NCBI GenBank assembly: GCA_031416315.1
Contig: JANOTL010000020.1
Coordinates: forward strand, 1 to 52,422
Direction: 5' to 3'
Origin: Pseudomonadota bacterium
Lineage (GTDB): Bacteria > Bdellovibrionota_B > Oligoflexia > Oligoflexales > CAIYRB01
DNA length: 52,422 bases
The notes below the pieces were generated by a model. That model searched no databases, had not been told where the DNA came from, and saw only the letters and a program-made list of their open reading frames with translations. Shown piece by piece: positions 27,313-36,317 of this stretch; positions within the stretch are counted from its first letter, which is position 1; every line of letters begins with the position of its first letter. A program made the position numbers and the translations under genes.

Positions 27313-29307
27313 TTACGGCAAGGAGCCGACGATTTGCTGCGCCAGATCGTCGTTCGGACCGGAATTCAATCCAGATTTCCCCCACGACCCCAGAGTCTTG
27401 ACGCTCTCCTGCAAGCGCGTGCGAACGTCCGCCACTGGGGTCGGGCAGACTGGGATGGGCACCTTGAGGGATTCTTGGATCGCGAATAGCGCCGCGCGGT
27501 TTACTGCGAGCGCGGCCGTCCTCGCCGGGGCATCCTTTCCTCTAGCCTCGATGGCCGGAAGCGTCGAAGTCAGCCATTGGTCGAGCGCCGGGCGTACCAT
27601 GCTCCAGCAGCCATTTGCGACAGGCACCCCGAAACCGCGCCCCGTGCCGAAGCGGGAGTCTCCCGCTTCATAAGCGCGTGTGAGTCGTAGCGCGCCGAAG
27701 TACAGCTCATGCATCGGCAGCTCGACCGCGGCTTCCTTGGCCGCATCATGCCAATGCAGCATCTGCGCGTCACCGCCTTCGGTAAATTGCAGCCCGGGAT
27801 CGATGACGAGCCCCGCCGTCAGCCACGGCAGCACCATGCGTTGAGCATCCGCGAGTAGCGCGTCCGGCTCCGGCGCCATCTTCTCGAAGAATTTCGGCGT
27901 GTAGCCCCAGCAACCAAGAACTTCTTGGGCCACGCTTGCTTCGACGCCGCACCCCCTCAACATCGTCACCGCGACCTGGCCGACTTCCCAGATCGAAAAC
28001 CGATGCAGGTCGGGAGCCGCCTTCACGTCGGGAAAGGCCGCTCGGTCATGCCGCATCATGTGTTGTACGACCAGGACGGATTTGAGTTTTTCTCGCGATA
28101 ACCGCTCGGCGACCCCGCCCGGTGAGACGCGTCGCGCGCTGAGGTGGTCCAGAAAATCGTACATGGCCCAAAGTGATTTATCGTCCGGCGTCGCGAGGTA
28201 CTGATTTTGGAGCTTGATCCAGCGCTTTTCGTCCGCGTGATCCCGCGGCTCCATCGGGAGCTCCGGGATCCATTCGGCAGACGTGCGCTCCGCGGCGCCG
28301 TGAAATCCGTCAGCGGTCCACGGATTCAGTTCCAGACCGAGGCGTATCGAACGTACGTCGAGCTCGGCAAATGCTTTGAGCAAGCCTTTCGCGGCCGCGA
28401 GATCCCGCGGCGGCTGCGTCAAATCGATGCCGCCTCTTGCAAGCTCCTTCTCGAAATTCGCATCACGCTCGACGGGCGTCGAGCCGCCCAGCGGCTGGCC
28501 ACCCGGCTGGAACGGCCGAAAGCGAGTCGGACTGCACGGCGTCGTGATTTCGTAACGAGCGCGCAAGGCGTCGATCATGTCGGCGACCAGCATTCCGCCC
28601 TCAGCACTGCGCCCTTGGGCGACGGAGCGCCGCACGATGGTTGCGCGTGAGTAGCCGATGCGTGCCAAGTCGATACCATCGGGCCCGTGGCAGGAGGAAC
28701 AAGCGCCGTCCTTGCCAGAATCTCTCCAGACTGGCAGCCCTTTCGCCATCGTCTCCGCGAAAGCGGCGTCAGAGATCGCAGCAATGGGAGCCAACGGGGC
28801 GACCGAAGTGCCCGGCTGTGGCCCTTCACTTTGCGGAGGTCTCGCTGCCAAAACCGCAAAGTCAGCTCTCAACTGCTCGTCCGTCACGAGCGCTGCGCCG
28901 AAGGCGGGCATCGCCTTCTGTCCTGACCTGACGACGGCGATAAATGCCTCGACCGTGCCGGAGCCAAGGGCTGGAAACTCGGGTCGACCCTCCCCGATCG
29001 AGCCATGGCAGTCAGCGCAGCCGTTGAGGTAGGCGTCGGAGAGCCCTGAAGTTTTCCGCAGCGCCTCGACGGCATCGCGCGTCGGCGGATCAGCGACCGT
29101 GGATCCTTTGCAGATTCCGTCGCCGGACGGAGACTCTATTTTACCGAAGGTGCTCGGCATCGGCGCGACCTGCGTCGGCTCGAAGCCCTCCGCATTGGCT
29201 CCGCTGGGCTTCCTAACATGGACCTCTTTGCCGCCCTGGCGCATAAGGTTACACCCGGCGCAGAGACCGAGCGTCACCAGCCCAACGCTCCAAAGGAGAA
29301 TCTTCAT
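27313..29307 (-). CDS. Diheme c-type cytochrome lipoprotein with large unknown C-terminal domain
   Basis: CAGC lipobox, CADCHG..GEG..FP.L..MPAF, CSSCHG; ATGA overlap with upstream gene. Confidence 0.8.
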   Translation of the reverse strand: MKILLWSVGLVTLGLCAGCNLMRQGGKEVHVRKPSGANAEGFEPTQVAPMPSTFGKIESPSGDGICKGSTVADPPTRDAVEALRKTSGLSDAYLNGCADCHGSIGEGRPEFPALGSGTVEAFIAVVRSGQKAMPAFGAALVTDEQLRADFAVLAARPPQSEGPQPGTSVAPLAPIAAISDAAFAETMAKGLPVWRDSGKDGACSSCHGPDGIDLARIGYSRATIVRRSVAQGRSAEGGMLVADMIDALRARYEITTPCSPTRFRPFQPGGQPLGGSTPVERDANFEKELARGGIDLTQPPRDLAAAKGLLKAFAELDVRSIRLGLELNPWTADGFHGAAERTSAEWIPELPMEPRDHADEKRWIKLQNQYLATPDDKSLWAMYDFLDHLSARRVSPGGVAERLSREKLKSVLVVQHMMRHDRAAFPDVKAAPDLHRFSIWEVGQVAVTMLRGCGVEASVAQEVLGCWGYTPKFFEKMAPEPDALLADAQRMVLPWLTAGLVIDPGLQFTEGGDAQMLHWHDAAKEAAVELPMHELYFGALRLTRAYEAGDSRFGTGRGFGVPVANGCWSMVRPALDQWLTSTLPAIEARGKDAPARTAALAVNRAALFAIQESLKVPIPVCPTPVADVRTRLQESVKTLGSWGKSGLNSGPNDDLAQQIVGSLP

Positions 29308-30227
29308 TCGGCGAAACGTTTGACCGCATCGGCGACGGCGCCGGCGACAGAATCCACCGAAGCATCGCACAGCTCGATGCTCGTCCCGTTTGCCGCGACG
29401 GCGATCGCCGAGAGCCGCGTGGCGACCTTGCTCGTTGCGCCGCAGCTCGTTGCCTTGGACTTATCCGTCGGCGCTACAGCGATGACGATCGACTTGCCTT
29501 TGGTTTGAGTCCGCGCGAGCTTGCTGAAGCCTGCTCCGTCGAGGAACTCCGAGTCGCCGTTTGCGACGACGACGTAGACGCGTCTGGAGTCGGCACGGAA
29601 AAATTTCTGCAATAAGCCCCTGACCGGCTCGAGCGCCCAAAGCCAGGCGTGCCCTAAATCTTCGGGAGTCGCCCCGAGGCGCGATGCGTCGAGGCCGCAG
29701 GCGATCGGCTTTTTGCCTTCCGTGTTATGGGGGTCGGGAAAGCTCGACTTGGTGACCTCGCAGCCTGCGACGAGCGCCGAGAAGAGACCGTCGACCGGCG
29801 CAACTTCGAAGTCGACGGTCTTGTAGCCGTCGGCCGGGACGCCGCTCGGGGCGGACGGCATGGGCTTGCCGCCTCGGTCCCGCTTCCCAGAGACGACCGC
29901 GAGTCGCAGTCCCTTAGCGGCGGCTCCAACCGAAACGACGAGCTTTTGCAGCAAGTCAGGCGCATCCGCCGCTAATTTGGCGCTCGGGTCGTCCAACGCT
30001 AGGGCGATGACGACGTCGACCGGAGGCGCGTCGACGCCAACGGAGCCGGGAGACCCGCTGCCGCTACCGACGACGGCGTCGCTCCCTGAGCCCGTGGTGG
30101 CAGGGTTTGGTGGGGAAGGTTCGCCAGGCGCGGCGGGGGGTTGTGCATCACGCTTGGCGGCCGCGCAGCCTGCCACCGTGAACGCAATCGCTACCATGAG
30201 ACGAAGCTTGATTTGGCGCTTTATCAT
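29304..30227 (-). CDS. Lipoprotein, possibly degenerate vWA-like fold
   Basis: VAGC lipobox, Pro/Gly linker, VDVVIALALDD and RRVYVVVANGDS strands. Confidence 0.65.
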   Translation of the reverse strand: MIKRQIKLRLMVAIAFTVAGCAAAKRDAQPPAAPGEPSPPNPATTGSGSDAVVGSGSGSPGSVGVDAPPVDVVIALALDDPSAKLAADAPDLLQKLVVSVGAAAKGLRLAVVSGKRDRGGKPMPSAPSGVPADGYKTVDFEVAPVDGLFSALVAGCEVTKSSFPDPHNTEGKKPIACGLDASRLGATPEDLGHAWLWALEPVRGLLQKFFRADSRRVYVVVANGDSEFLDGAGFSKLARTQTKGKSIVIAVAPTDKSKATSCGATSKVATRLSAIAVAANGTSIELCDASVDSVAGAVADAVKRFAE

Positions 30228-30235
30228 CGTCTCAA

Positions 30236-30264
30236 GGATACCGAAGTTCGTGAGCGTTTGTGAC
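30236..30264 (-). promoter_or_regulatory. ECF-type promoter GTCACA-N17-GTA
   Basis: minus strand GTCACA-aacgctcacgaacttcg-GTATCC. Confidence 0.65.
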
Positions 30265-30270
30265 ATGCCC

Positions 30271-30307
30271 AAAAAAAGTAGCCCGTCTGCGGACTTAGCA
30301 GACGAGC
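30271..30307 (-). terminator. Rho-independent terminator after MCO operon
   Basis: minus GCTCGTCTGC-taagtcc-GCAGACGGGC-tac-TTTTTTT. Confidence 0.75.
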
Positions 30308-30328
30308 CGACAGGTATGTCCGAACGAA

Positions 30329-30616
30329 TCACGGCTGGACGTGGCACTCCAACTCGCCGTCGTGATTGTGGCAGTTGTAATTGAACTCCATGTTCATCGC
30401 GCCGTGGGTCACGTAGATCTTCACCTTCGAGTCTTCGCCGGTCTTCCAGGACTTGTAGCCGACGAAGTGCTCAGCGTGGTCCGGGTTGGTGGCCTCGAAG
30501 TCTTCGACGGCGAGCTTGGTCACTTCGATGAGCTGCGCCGACGTGAACGCCGCGAATGCCGGCGAGCCGATGACGAGTGCCGCGACGCCGCTGACCAGTG
30601 CAAGAGCTGTCTTCAT
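30329..30616 (-). CDS. Small exported protein with CHxH...CH terminus
   Basis: RBS GAGGGGAG, signal AFA, HAEH, YNCHNHDGELECH. Confidence 0.8.
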   Translation of the reverse strand: MKTALALVSGVAALVIGSPAFAAFTSAQLIEVTKLAVEDFEATNPDHAEHFVGYKSWKTGEDSKVKIYVTHGAMNMEFNYNCHNHDGELECHVQP

Positions 30617-30637
30617 GTTCCACTCCCCTCAATGTGT

Positions 30638-31729
30638 TCAGGTCACTTCGATCCAAGTATGCATGCCGCCCATTTCGTGGGCGGCATGTCCGACCGGCTG
30701 TCCGGGAATCGGGTTGCGGTGCATGTCGTTCATGGTGTGATGCATGAAGTGACAGTGGAAGAGCCACTTGCCGGGGTTCGGGCCGGCGACGAACTCGAAC
30801 GAACGGGCCTCGGCGGAGCTGATGTTTTCCGTGTTCGCCGGCATCTGCATGGAAGGCGGCACGAAGCCGGCGCCATGCTCCGTGATCCGGAACGTATGGC
30901 CGTGGAGGTGAATTGGGTGGCTCAACATGCTGAGGTTGACCACTCGAATGCGCACCCTTTCGCCCATGCGCGCGGACATAGGCACGATGTCCGGCCCCGG
31001 TCGGCCGTTCATGGTGAAGTAATTGAAGTCGTTCATCTCGAGCGTATCTGGGATCGAGCTTCCCGGATGGATCATCCAGATCTGCAGGAAGTAGGCGAAA
31101 TCGCGCTCTACGATCATCCACGGCTCGGGATTCTTCGGATGAACGATGAAGAAGCCCGAGAGGCCCATGCCGACGTGTTTCGCGCCCATGTGATGCGGAT
31201 GGTAGAAATACGTGCCGTGTTGAACGAGCGTGAACTCGACGGTGAAAGTCTCGCCTGGCTCAATCGGCTCCTGGGAGAACCCGGTGACGCCATCCATAGG
31301 GAGCGGCAGATGCAGACCATGCCAGTGTACAGTAGTCGCTTCGGGCAAGTTGTTCGTCACATGAATACGGACGCGGTCGCCTTCGACCGCCTCGATGGTC
31401 GGTCCGATGATCGAGCCGTTGTAGCCCCAGCCGTTGATCGGGCGACGACGAATGCCGTGCGGATCGCTCATGTCTTGGAAGCGGACCGTCACCGGCTCCG
31501 CGACGAGACGGAAGACTTTGACGTTACCCTCCATTTCGAAAGGCAGCGTCGCGATGCCCGGTGTTACCACGGGCACGTAGTTCGAGCTATTCGGCGGCCG
31601 AGGCGTCGGGCTGTCCGCGCGCGCCTTCGGAGTCGCGAGCTCGACGAGTGGCAACATAGCAGCCGTGCCGGCGATACCCGTCATGATATCTCGGCGTGAG
31701 AATTGGCCGCTATTATTCGTGTCAGTCAT
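30638..31729 (-). CDS. Tat-exported small (two-domain) multicopper oxidase
   Basis: SRRDIM Tat motif; HWHG, YHPH, HPIHLHGH, HCHFMHH...M. Confidence 0.92.
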   Translation of the reverse strand: MTDTNNSGQFSRRDIMTGIAGTAAMLPLVELATPKARADSPTPRPPNSSNYVPVVTPGIATLPFEMEGNVKVFRLVAEPVTVRFQDMSDPHGIRRRPINGWGYNGSIIGPTIEAVEGDRVRIHVTNNLPEATTVHWHGLHLPLPMDGVTGFSQEPIEPGETFTVEFTLVQHGTYFYHPHHMGAKHVGMGLSGFFIVHPKNPEPWMIVERDFAYFLQIWMIHPGSSIPDTLEMNDFNYFTMNGRPGPDIVPMSARMGERVRIRVVNLSMLSHPIHLHGHTFRITEHGAGFVPPSMQMPANTENISSAEARSFEFVAGPNPGKWLFHCHFMHHTMNDMHRNPIPGQPVGHAAHEMGGMHTWIEVT

Positions 31730-31767
31730 GACTCCCCCAATGTCTTCCAGCAGTACTATTCTACGTA

Positions 31768-31796
31768 CACTACTTCCTGAAAGGCCCGTTTGTGAC
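31768..31796 (-). promoter_or_regulatory. ECF-type promoter GTCACA-N17-GTA upstream of MCO
   Basis: minus strand GTCACA-aacgggcctttcaggaa-GTAGTG. Confidence 0.65.
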
Positions 31797-31798
31797 GG

Positions 31799-33472
31799 TC
31801 AAGGCGTGCGCTGATAGTGAATGAGCCGATTTTCTGGGAGCGGTACGCCCCAAATTGGCGCACCCGGCCAAAGCAACATGAGACGTCCGTCGGCATCGAC
31901 CACTCCCGTGACCATCCGCGGCCGGTCTCGCTCTTCGGTCAGCCACGCGAGCGTTCCCGTATACGAATCATACGAACCTTGTGCGATTTTGACGCGGACG
32001 CCGAGCCCGCCTGACAAATGCATGGCGCCTTCAAAGGCCAGAGTGCTTTCCTCGCGTCCGACGGGTTGCGTCGGCAATAAGGTGTCGAAGCCCCAGCGAA
32101 CGTCTGAAGAGCTGCCCACGGCCGGTCCTTGGTACGTCCCAGTAATCGGCGCCAACACTTTCGCCGTCGGATCCAGGGGAGGCAGTGGCCCCTTGACGAG
32201 CTGAATGGTTCCCACTCGTCCAAAGGCATGCGAATACCAGACGCCGCGGATGAAGCCTTGGCGCCATTCCTCGACCTGCAGGAAGCCGTCGCTGTTCGGG
32301 CTTTCGAGGTTGAAGCCCGTACTCAGATAGAAACTGCGGCGATCGAACTGCTGAGGCCACCCTTCCGCGTGCGTGTCTCGACCAAAGTGCTGCACACCGG
32401 TCGCCGTAATGACGACCTCGTTCTCGTTATGAGGGTTGTCCGAAGACACGGTCGACATCACGTTGAGGCGAAAGGGCTGATAGCGGTCCAGCGTCTCATT
32501 GTGGAGCCAGCCGGAGAAAGTGCCTCGCAAGGCGTTGACGAGCGCCGTGCTGCGAGGCGGAAGTGGAGCCGGCAACTCAAGGCGTTGCTCAGGGGTGGTT
32601 CGGACGTTGTAATTTCGCCCCGACACGACGAAGGGTCGCGTCGATACGTCGGTCTTGCGCAAGTCGCAGCTCACCGTCTCATCCAAAAACCGGATGCGAC
32701 ACGTGAGGCGACCGGCGGCCAACGCGCATTCGCTCGTCCCCGTCGGCTCGTCGAGAATCAGCTTTCCGGAGAAGTAATTGTAGCTGCCGCCCGAAAAGTT
32801 TCGGACCACGCACCACTCTCCGTCGCAGATGGACGAGTCGCCCTCGGCAAGCCGCGCGACGACGCCATAACCGTGTAGGCCCCGGTCCGCGGCTCCCGAT
32901 ACCGCAAGCCCTTTGCCCGTCGAGATTTGCATGGCCCAGCGCTTCGCTCCGCAGAGTCCTTCGTATTGTCCCGAGAGGCTCGCCATGAACGGCACATCCG
33001 CCCCCGGATCTCCGTCGTCGTCATCGTCGTCGGGCTCGTCCGACAGGTGTTTCAGGAAGATCGTGCCGCTCACCGACGCTGAGCGTACCCACACCTGACC
33101 CGTCACCGTCGTGCTCCCGCCTGCACGGACTTCCGCGGCAATGACTAGGTCGTTGTTCGGCTCGTCGAGCGAGAGCTGGCCATTCGAGAAATCGTAGCGG
33201 ATGTCTTCGAAGATCTCGGTCACATATTCCGAGCCGCCGTAGCCGCCCAGCTGCAGGCGAAAGATCGCATTCAGCTTCGGAAACTGAGTCCGATCGTCGG
33301 GCTGGTCGATATAGGTGTCGACGGTGAGCGCGACGCGTTCACTCGCGTCGTCGAGCTTGACGTAGCCGACGTAGCGTCCGAGCTTCAATTCAGCTTGACC
33401 GAAAGCGGCCGAGCAAGGGAGCCAAATGGTTGCCAGCAGGACAAAGAGGCCACGGAGCAAGTTCGAGCGCAT
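31799..33472 (-). CDS. Large exported beta-rich protein of unknown function (paralog A)
   Basis: 557 aa, signal peptide, colinear similarity to 36712-38451. Confidence 0.85.
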   Translation of the reverse strand: MRSNLLRGLFVLLATIWLPCSAAFGQAELKLGRYVGYVKLDDASERVALTVDTYIDQPDDRTQFPKLNAIFRLQLGGYGGSEYVTEIFEDIRYDFSNGQLSLDEPNNDLVIAAEVRAGGSTTVTGQVWVRSASVSGTIFLKHLSDEPDDDDDDGDPGADVPFMASLSGQYEGLCGAKRWAMQISTGKGLAVSGAADRGLHGYGVVARLAEGDSSICDGEWCVVRNFSGGSYNYFSGKLILDEPTGTSECALAAGRLTCRIRFLDETVSCDLRKTDVSTRPFVVSGRNYNVRTTPEQRLELPAPLPPRSTALVNALRGTFSGWLHNETLDRYQPFRLNVMSTVSSDNPHNENEVVITATGVQHFGRDTHAEGWPQQFDRRSFYLSTGFNLESPNSDGFLQVEEWRQGFIRGVWYSHAFGRVGTIQLVKGPLPPLDPTAKVLAPITGTYQGPAVGSSSDVRWGFDTLLPTQPVGREESTLAFEGAMHLSGGLGVRVKIAQGSYDSYTGTLAWLTEERDRPRMVTGVVDADGRLMLLWPGAPIWGVPLPENRLIHYQRTP

Positions 33473-33489
33473 GAGAGCCTCACTGGTTT

Positions 33490-33506
33490 ATACCCCCCTG
33501 GGGTAT
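33490..33506. promoter_or_regulatory. CsoR/RcnR-type operator between paralog A and csoR
   Basis: ATAC-CCCCCTGGG-GTAT. Confidence 0.85.
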
Positions 33507-33603
33507 CTAATCTCGCAGGCTAACGCCAGCAAATTTAAATTTAAGTCGCCACGTCAGAGTGGCTTCACTTGACCGCGCGGCGGTAGCGGGATAGCAGCTT
33601 GGC

Positions 33604-33915
33604 ATGAAAAAAAAAGCCGTCGCGAAAAAAGCGACCGTCGCCAAGCACCATCCTGACCACGCCCAAGAGCTTCGGCGCCTCAATCGCATCGTCGGCCAGC
33701 TCGAAGGCGTTGGACGCATGATCGAAGAACGACGCTATTGCTGTGACATTCTGCAGCAGACGCGTGCCGTCACTTCGGCGATCCGCGGTCTGGAGGCCGC
33801 GATCCTTTCCACGCATTTACGCCACTGTTTCACCGCCGCGATCGAAACGAAGAGCGAAGAGGCTCGGGCGAAGGTCATCGAGGAATTCGTCGACTTGTAC
33901 GAGCAGCGGCGCTGA
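33604..33915 (+). CDS. csoR: CsoR/RcnR family metal-sensing repressor (Cys-His-Cys)
   Basis: RLNRIVGQLEGVGRMIEERRYCCDIL...THLRHC. Confidence 0.9.
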   Translation: MKKKAVAKKATVAKHHPDHAQELRRLNRIVGQLEGVGRMIEERRYCCDILQQTRAVTSAIRGLEAAILSTHLRHCFTAAIETKSEEARAKVIEEFVDLYEQRR

Positions 33916-33988
33916 GCGTGGTCTGCCTGAATCATGCCTACCGACATTGCAGTGATTTCAGGACCGTAGCCGACCCGCACAGGCCTCT

Positions 33989-34017
33989 GTCACAAAGCGC
34001 TGCCCTGCCCAGTATCT
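33989..34017 (+). promoter_or_regulatory. ECF-type promoter GTCACA-N17-GTA
   Basis: GTCACA-aagcgctgccctgccca-GTATCT upstream of the 34036 / anti-sigma / sigma genes. Confidence 0.7.
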
Positions 34018-34035
34018 ACGGGTGGGAGGTGCGAT

Positions 34036-34446
34036 ATGCGAATTTTCAGCTCGAGTGCTTTGATGTTCCTCACGGCGCTCGGCAGCTCGAAGGCGTTCGC
34101 TCACGGGGAAGACAAACTCGGTCCCAATGGCGGTTTCATCCGTATGCCAGGAGCGTTTCACACCGAGGTCGTACCGACCGCGGACCGCGAGTTCTCCGTT
34201 TTCTTACTCGACCTGAGCAACGGCAATCCGGTGACGGATGGCTCGACGGTCTCGGTCAGTCTCAGGAAGGGCGGCGCCTCGGTCGACGTGACCTGCACCC
34301 CGGCAGCGGCGAGCTTCAAGTGCGTGCTGCCTGCGGACGCAAGCCTGAAATCCGGTCAGCTGCTCGTCCGTGCCTCGCGGCTCGGACTGCCTTCCAGCCC
34401 CGCGTTGTACCCTCTGCCATTGAAGCTGGAGCAGGGTGCGCATTGA
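34036..34446 (+). CDS. Exported protein with N-terminal His, putative metal-binding
   Basis: RBS GGAGGT; AFA|HGEDKLGPNGG...FHTE; Cys pair. Confidence 0.78.
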   Translation: MRIFSSSALMFLTALGSSKAFAHGEDKLGPNGGFIRMPGAFHTEVVPTADREFSVFLLDLSNGNPVTDGSTVSVSLRKGGASVDVTCTPAAASFKCVLPADASLKSGQLLVRASRLGLPSSPALYPLPLKLEQGAH

Positions 34447-34477
34447 TTTGCTGCGCCCGATTCGGGAGAATGCGTCG

Positions 34478-34993
34478 ATGAGCATCAAACGTCTTCAAGA
34501 GCCTCCGCAACGACTCGACCTGGCGATCGAGCGCGCCGTATTGCGCGACCTGGAGCCGGCGATCGCGGTCGTACACCTGAAGACGGCCGCGGCCGCGATC
34601 GTGGGCAGTCTGCTGTCGCTCGCGATCTGTGGGCAGTTTGGAATGGGGTTCACGTCGCTAGCCGACTCCTTCAGCCACGCGCTCCATGCGAACATGGGTC
34701 CGATAGCATGCGCGCTGATCTGCGGCGGGCTTTACGCGATCTTCCCGATCGCGATCCTTCGCTTCGTCCTTTGTAACGTCATGCAGTTTAGAGCCATTTT
34801 TCGTCGAAGCTTCTTTATCATGGCCGCTTGGTTCGCCTGCGTCGGAGCCGTCATGGCTTGGCAAGGCCACCACGGCGATCAAGCTCTCCAGTTCGGTGCT
34901 TGGATCTTCGCAGCTCTGGTCGCGGCGATCGTCCTAGGACGCTTGGCCGGGGCGATCGTCATGCCAATCTTTGACGCACCGGAACGCGTCTAG
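34478..34993 (+). CDS. 4-TM protein with Cys/His, putative anti-sigma factor
   Basis: AICGQFG, HALH, ACALICG, GHHG; adjacent to ECF sigma. Confidence 0.65.
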   Translation: MSIKRLQEPPQRLDLAIERAVLRDLEPAIAVVHLKTAAAAIVGSLLSLAICGQFGMGFTSLADSFSHALHANMGPIACALICGGLYAIFPIAILRFVLCNVMQFRAIFRRSFFIMAAWFACVGAVMAWQGHHGDQALQFGAWIFAALVAAIVLGRLAGAIVMPIFDAPERV

Positions 34994-35022
34994 ACCGTTT
35001 CGTCTCGGCAGAATGGACGCCA

Positions 35023-35038
35023 ATACCCCTGGGGGTAT
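35023..35038. promoter_or_regulatory. CsoR/RcnR-type operator upstream of ECF sigma
   Basis: ATAC-CCCTGGGG-GTAT (8-bp core). Confidence 0.75.
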
Positions 35039-35067
35039 ACTCTTCCTCACCAGTTGAAGTGGGCCCC

Positions 35068-35610
35068 ATGCAGTCGATCGCGGACGAGGAATCGCTCGAA
35101 TCTCTTCTAAGTAGGTATCGCGGGGGAGACGCGGGCGCGTTCCGCGAGGTCTACCGGCGTACGAAGCGGCTGGTTTATGCGTATCTTCGTCGACGTCTCA
35201 GACAGACTTCGGACGTCGAAGACGTCTTCCAAGAGACGTATTTTCGGGTTCACAAGTATATCGCGACCTACGACCCGACTCGAGGCGGTACCACTTGGAT
35301 CCTATCGATCGCGCGGCATGCGATGCTGACCCGCGCCGCCGAGCTCAAGAAGAGCGCTGCGACGGCGGGTCCGCATCTGACGGACGACCTTGCTGGAACG
35401 GAATCGACCGCCGAAGGCGTCGAGATCAAGGGACTGTTGACTGACCTCTGTCGCGATTTATCGCCAGACGAGATCGACCTGCTCTATCAACGGGTCTTTT
35501 TGGACGTCGGGTTCGACGTGCTCGCCGCTCGGCACCAGACGAGCGAGGCGAATACGCGACAGCGCCTTTCGCGATTGATGCGGAAGCTTCGATCGAACTG
35601 GGGCAGCTGA
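35068..35610 (+). CDS. ECF RNA polymerase sigma factor
   Basis: GDAGAFREVY, DVEDVFQETY, WILSIARH, RQRLSRLMRKLR; start 35059 or 35068. Confidence 0.9.
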   Translation: MQSIADEESLESLLSRYRGGDAGAFREVYRRTKRLVYAYLRRRLRQTSDVEDVFQETYFRVHKYIATYDPTRGGTTWILSIARHAMLTRAAELKKSAATAGPHLTDDLAGTESTAEGVEIKGLLTDLCRDLSPDEIDLLYQRVFLDVGFDVLAARHQTSEANTRQRLSRLMRKLRSNWGS

Positions 35611-35636
35611 CGTCGCTTGCCCCCTATGGCAAATGC

Positions 35637-36317
35637 CTATCGAGGCGTGGGTCCAGGTCCCGGGCCGGGTGCCGGACCAGGGTCGGGAGCGGGCCCTGGC
35701 CCTGGACCCGGACCGGGGCCCGGACCTGGTTCGGGACCTGGCTCGGGACCGCCAGGATCTGGATCCGGTCCCGGCCCTGGATCGGGAATCGGTGTCGGAT
35801 CAGGCGCAGGCTCGGGAGCGGGAACCGGGTCGGGCAAATCCGGGACGTCGGGAATCTGAATCGAGGTTCCTGACGGCTGATTCGGCAGCTCTGGATAGAC
35901 GAATGGTGCCGGTTTCGGACGGTCGAGCAGCGCCGATACGGAATCCTCGTCATTTTGCGGCTTCCGCTTGCACAGGGGCACTTTGCGACCCGTTCGCCCG
36001 AACGACTCGGCGAGCTGGAGCGCAATGTCCGCCTGCTTCGCCTTCGACTCGCCGATCTCGAGATCGAGCTCCGCGAGCTTGGACGCGGTTCGTAGGATCT
36101 CGTACTCCTCGCGAGAGATCGCGTCCCGCTCGAGGAGCTGCTCCGCGCGCGCGTATGCCTGGCGCGCGCGTGAAAGTCGAGCTTTCTGGCGCGCGAGCGA
36201 ACCGTAGGCACGTTCCTTTGCGGACGCGAAGAGATAGAGATGCGTCGACTCCGCCATGACCGGCGTCGCGACGAAGAAAAATCCCACTAGGAGCCAAGCG
36301 CAGCGCGCCATGTTCAT
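35637..36317 (-). CDS. Exported alpha-hairpin protein with Pro/Asp/Gly tail
   Basis: Signal peptide; RAEQLLERDAISREEYE; KVPLC; PD/PE/PG tail; ATGA coupling. Confidence 0.75.
   Translation of the reverse strand: MNMARCAWLLVGFFFVATPVMAESTHLYLFASAKERAYGSLARQKARLSRARQAYARAEQLLERDAISREEYEILRTASKLAELDLEIGESKAKQADIALQLAESFGRTGRKVPLCKRKPQNDEDSVSALLDRPKPAPFVYPELPNQPSGTSIQIPDVPDLPDPVPAPEPAPDPTPIPDPGPGPDPDPGGPEPGPEPGPGPGPGPGPGPAPDPGPAPGPGPGPTPR
35646..35856 (-). repeat. Low-complexity hexanucleotide-like repeat encoding (P-x)n tail
   Basis: PDPGPGPDPDPGGPEPGPEPGPGPGPG. Confidence 0.8.

Noticed and set aside
30341..31699. 452-aa + strand ORF
   Set aside because: Antisense shadow of the MCO and its partner, no motifs; typical of high-GC DNA
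35617..35859. Gly/Pro-rich + strand ORF or possible CRISPR-like repeat
   Set aside because: Antisense of the Pro-rich tail; 6-nt periodicity with no repeat-spacer structure
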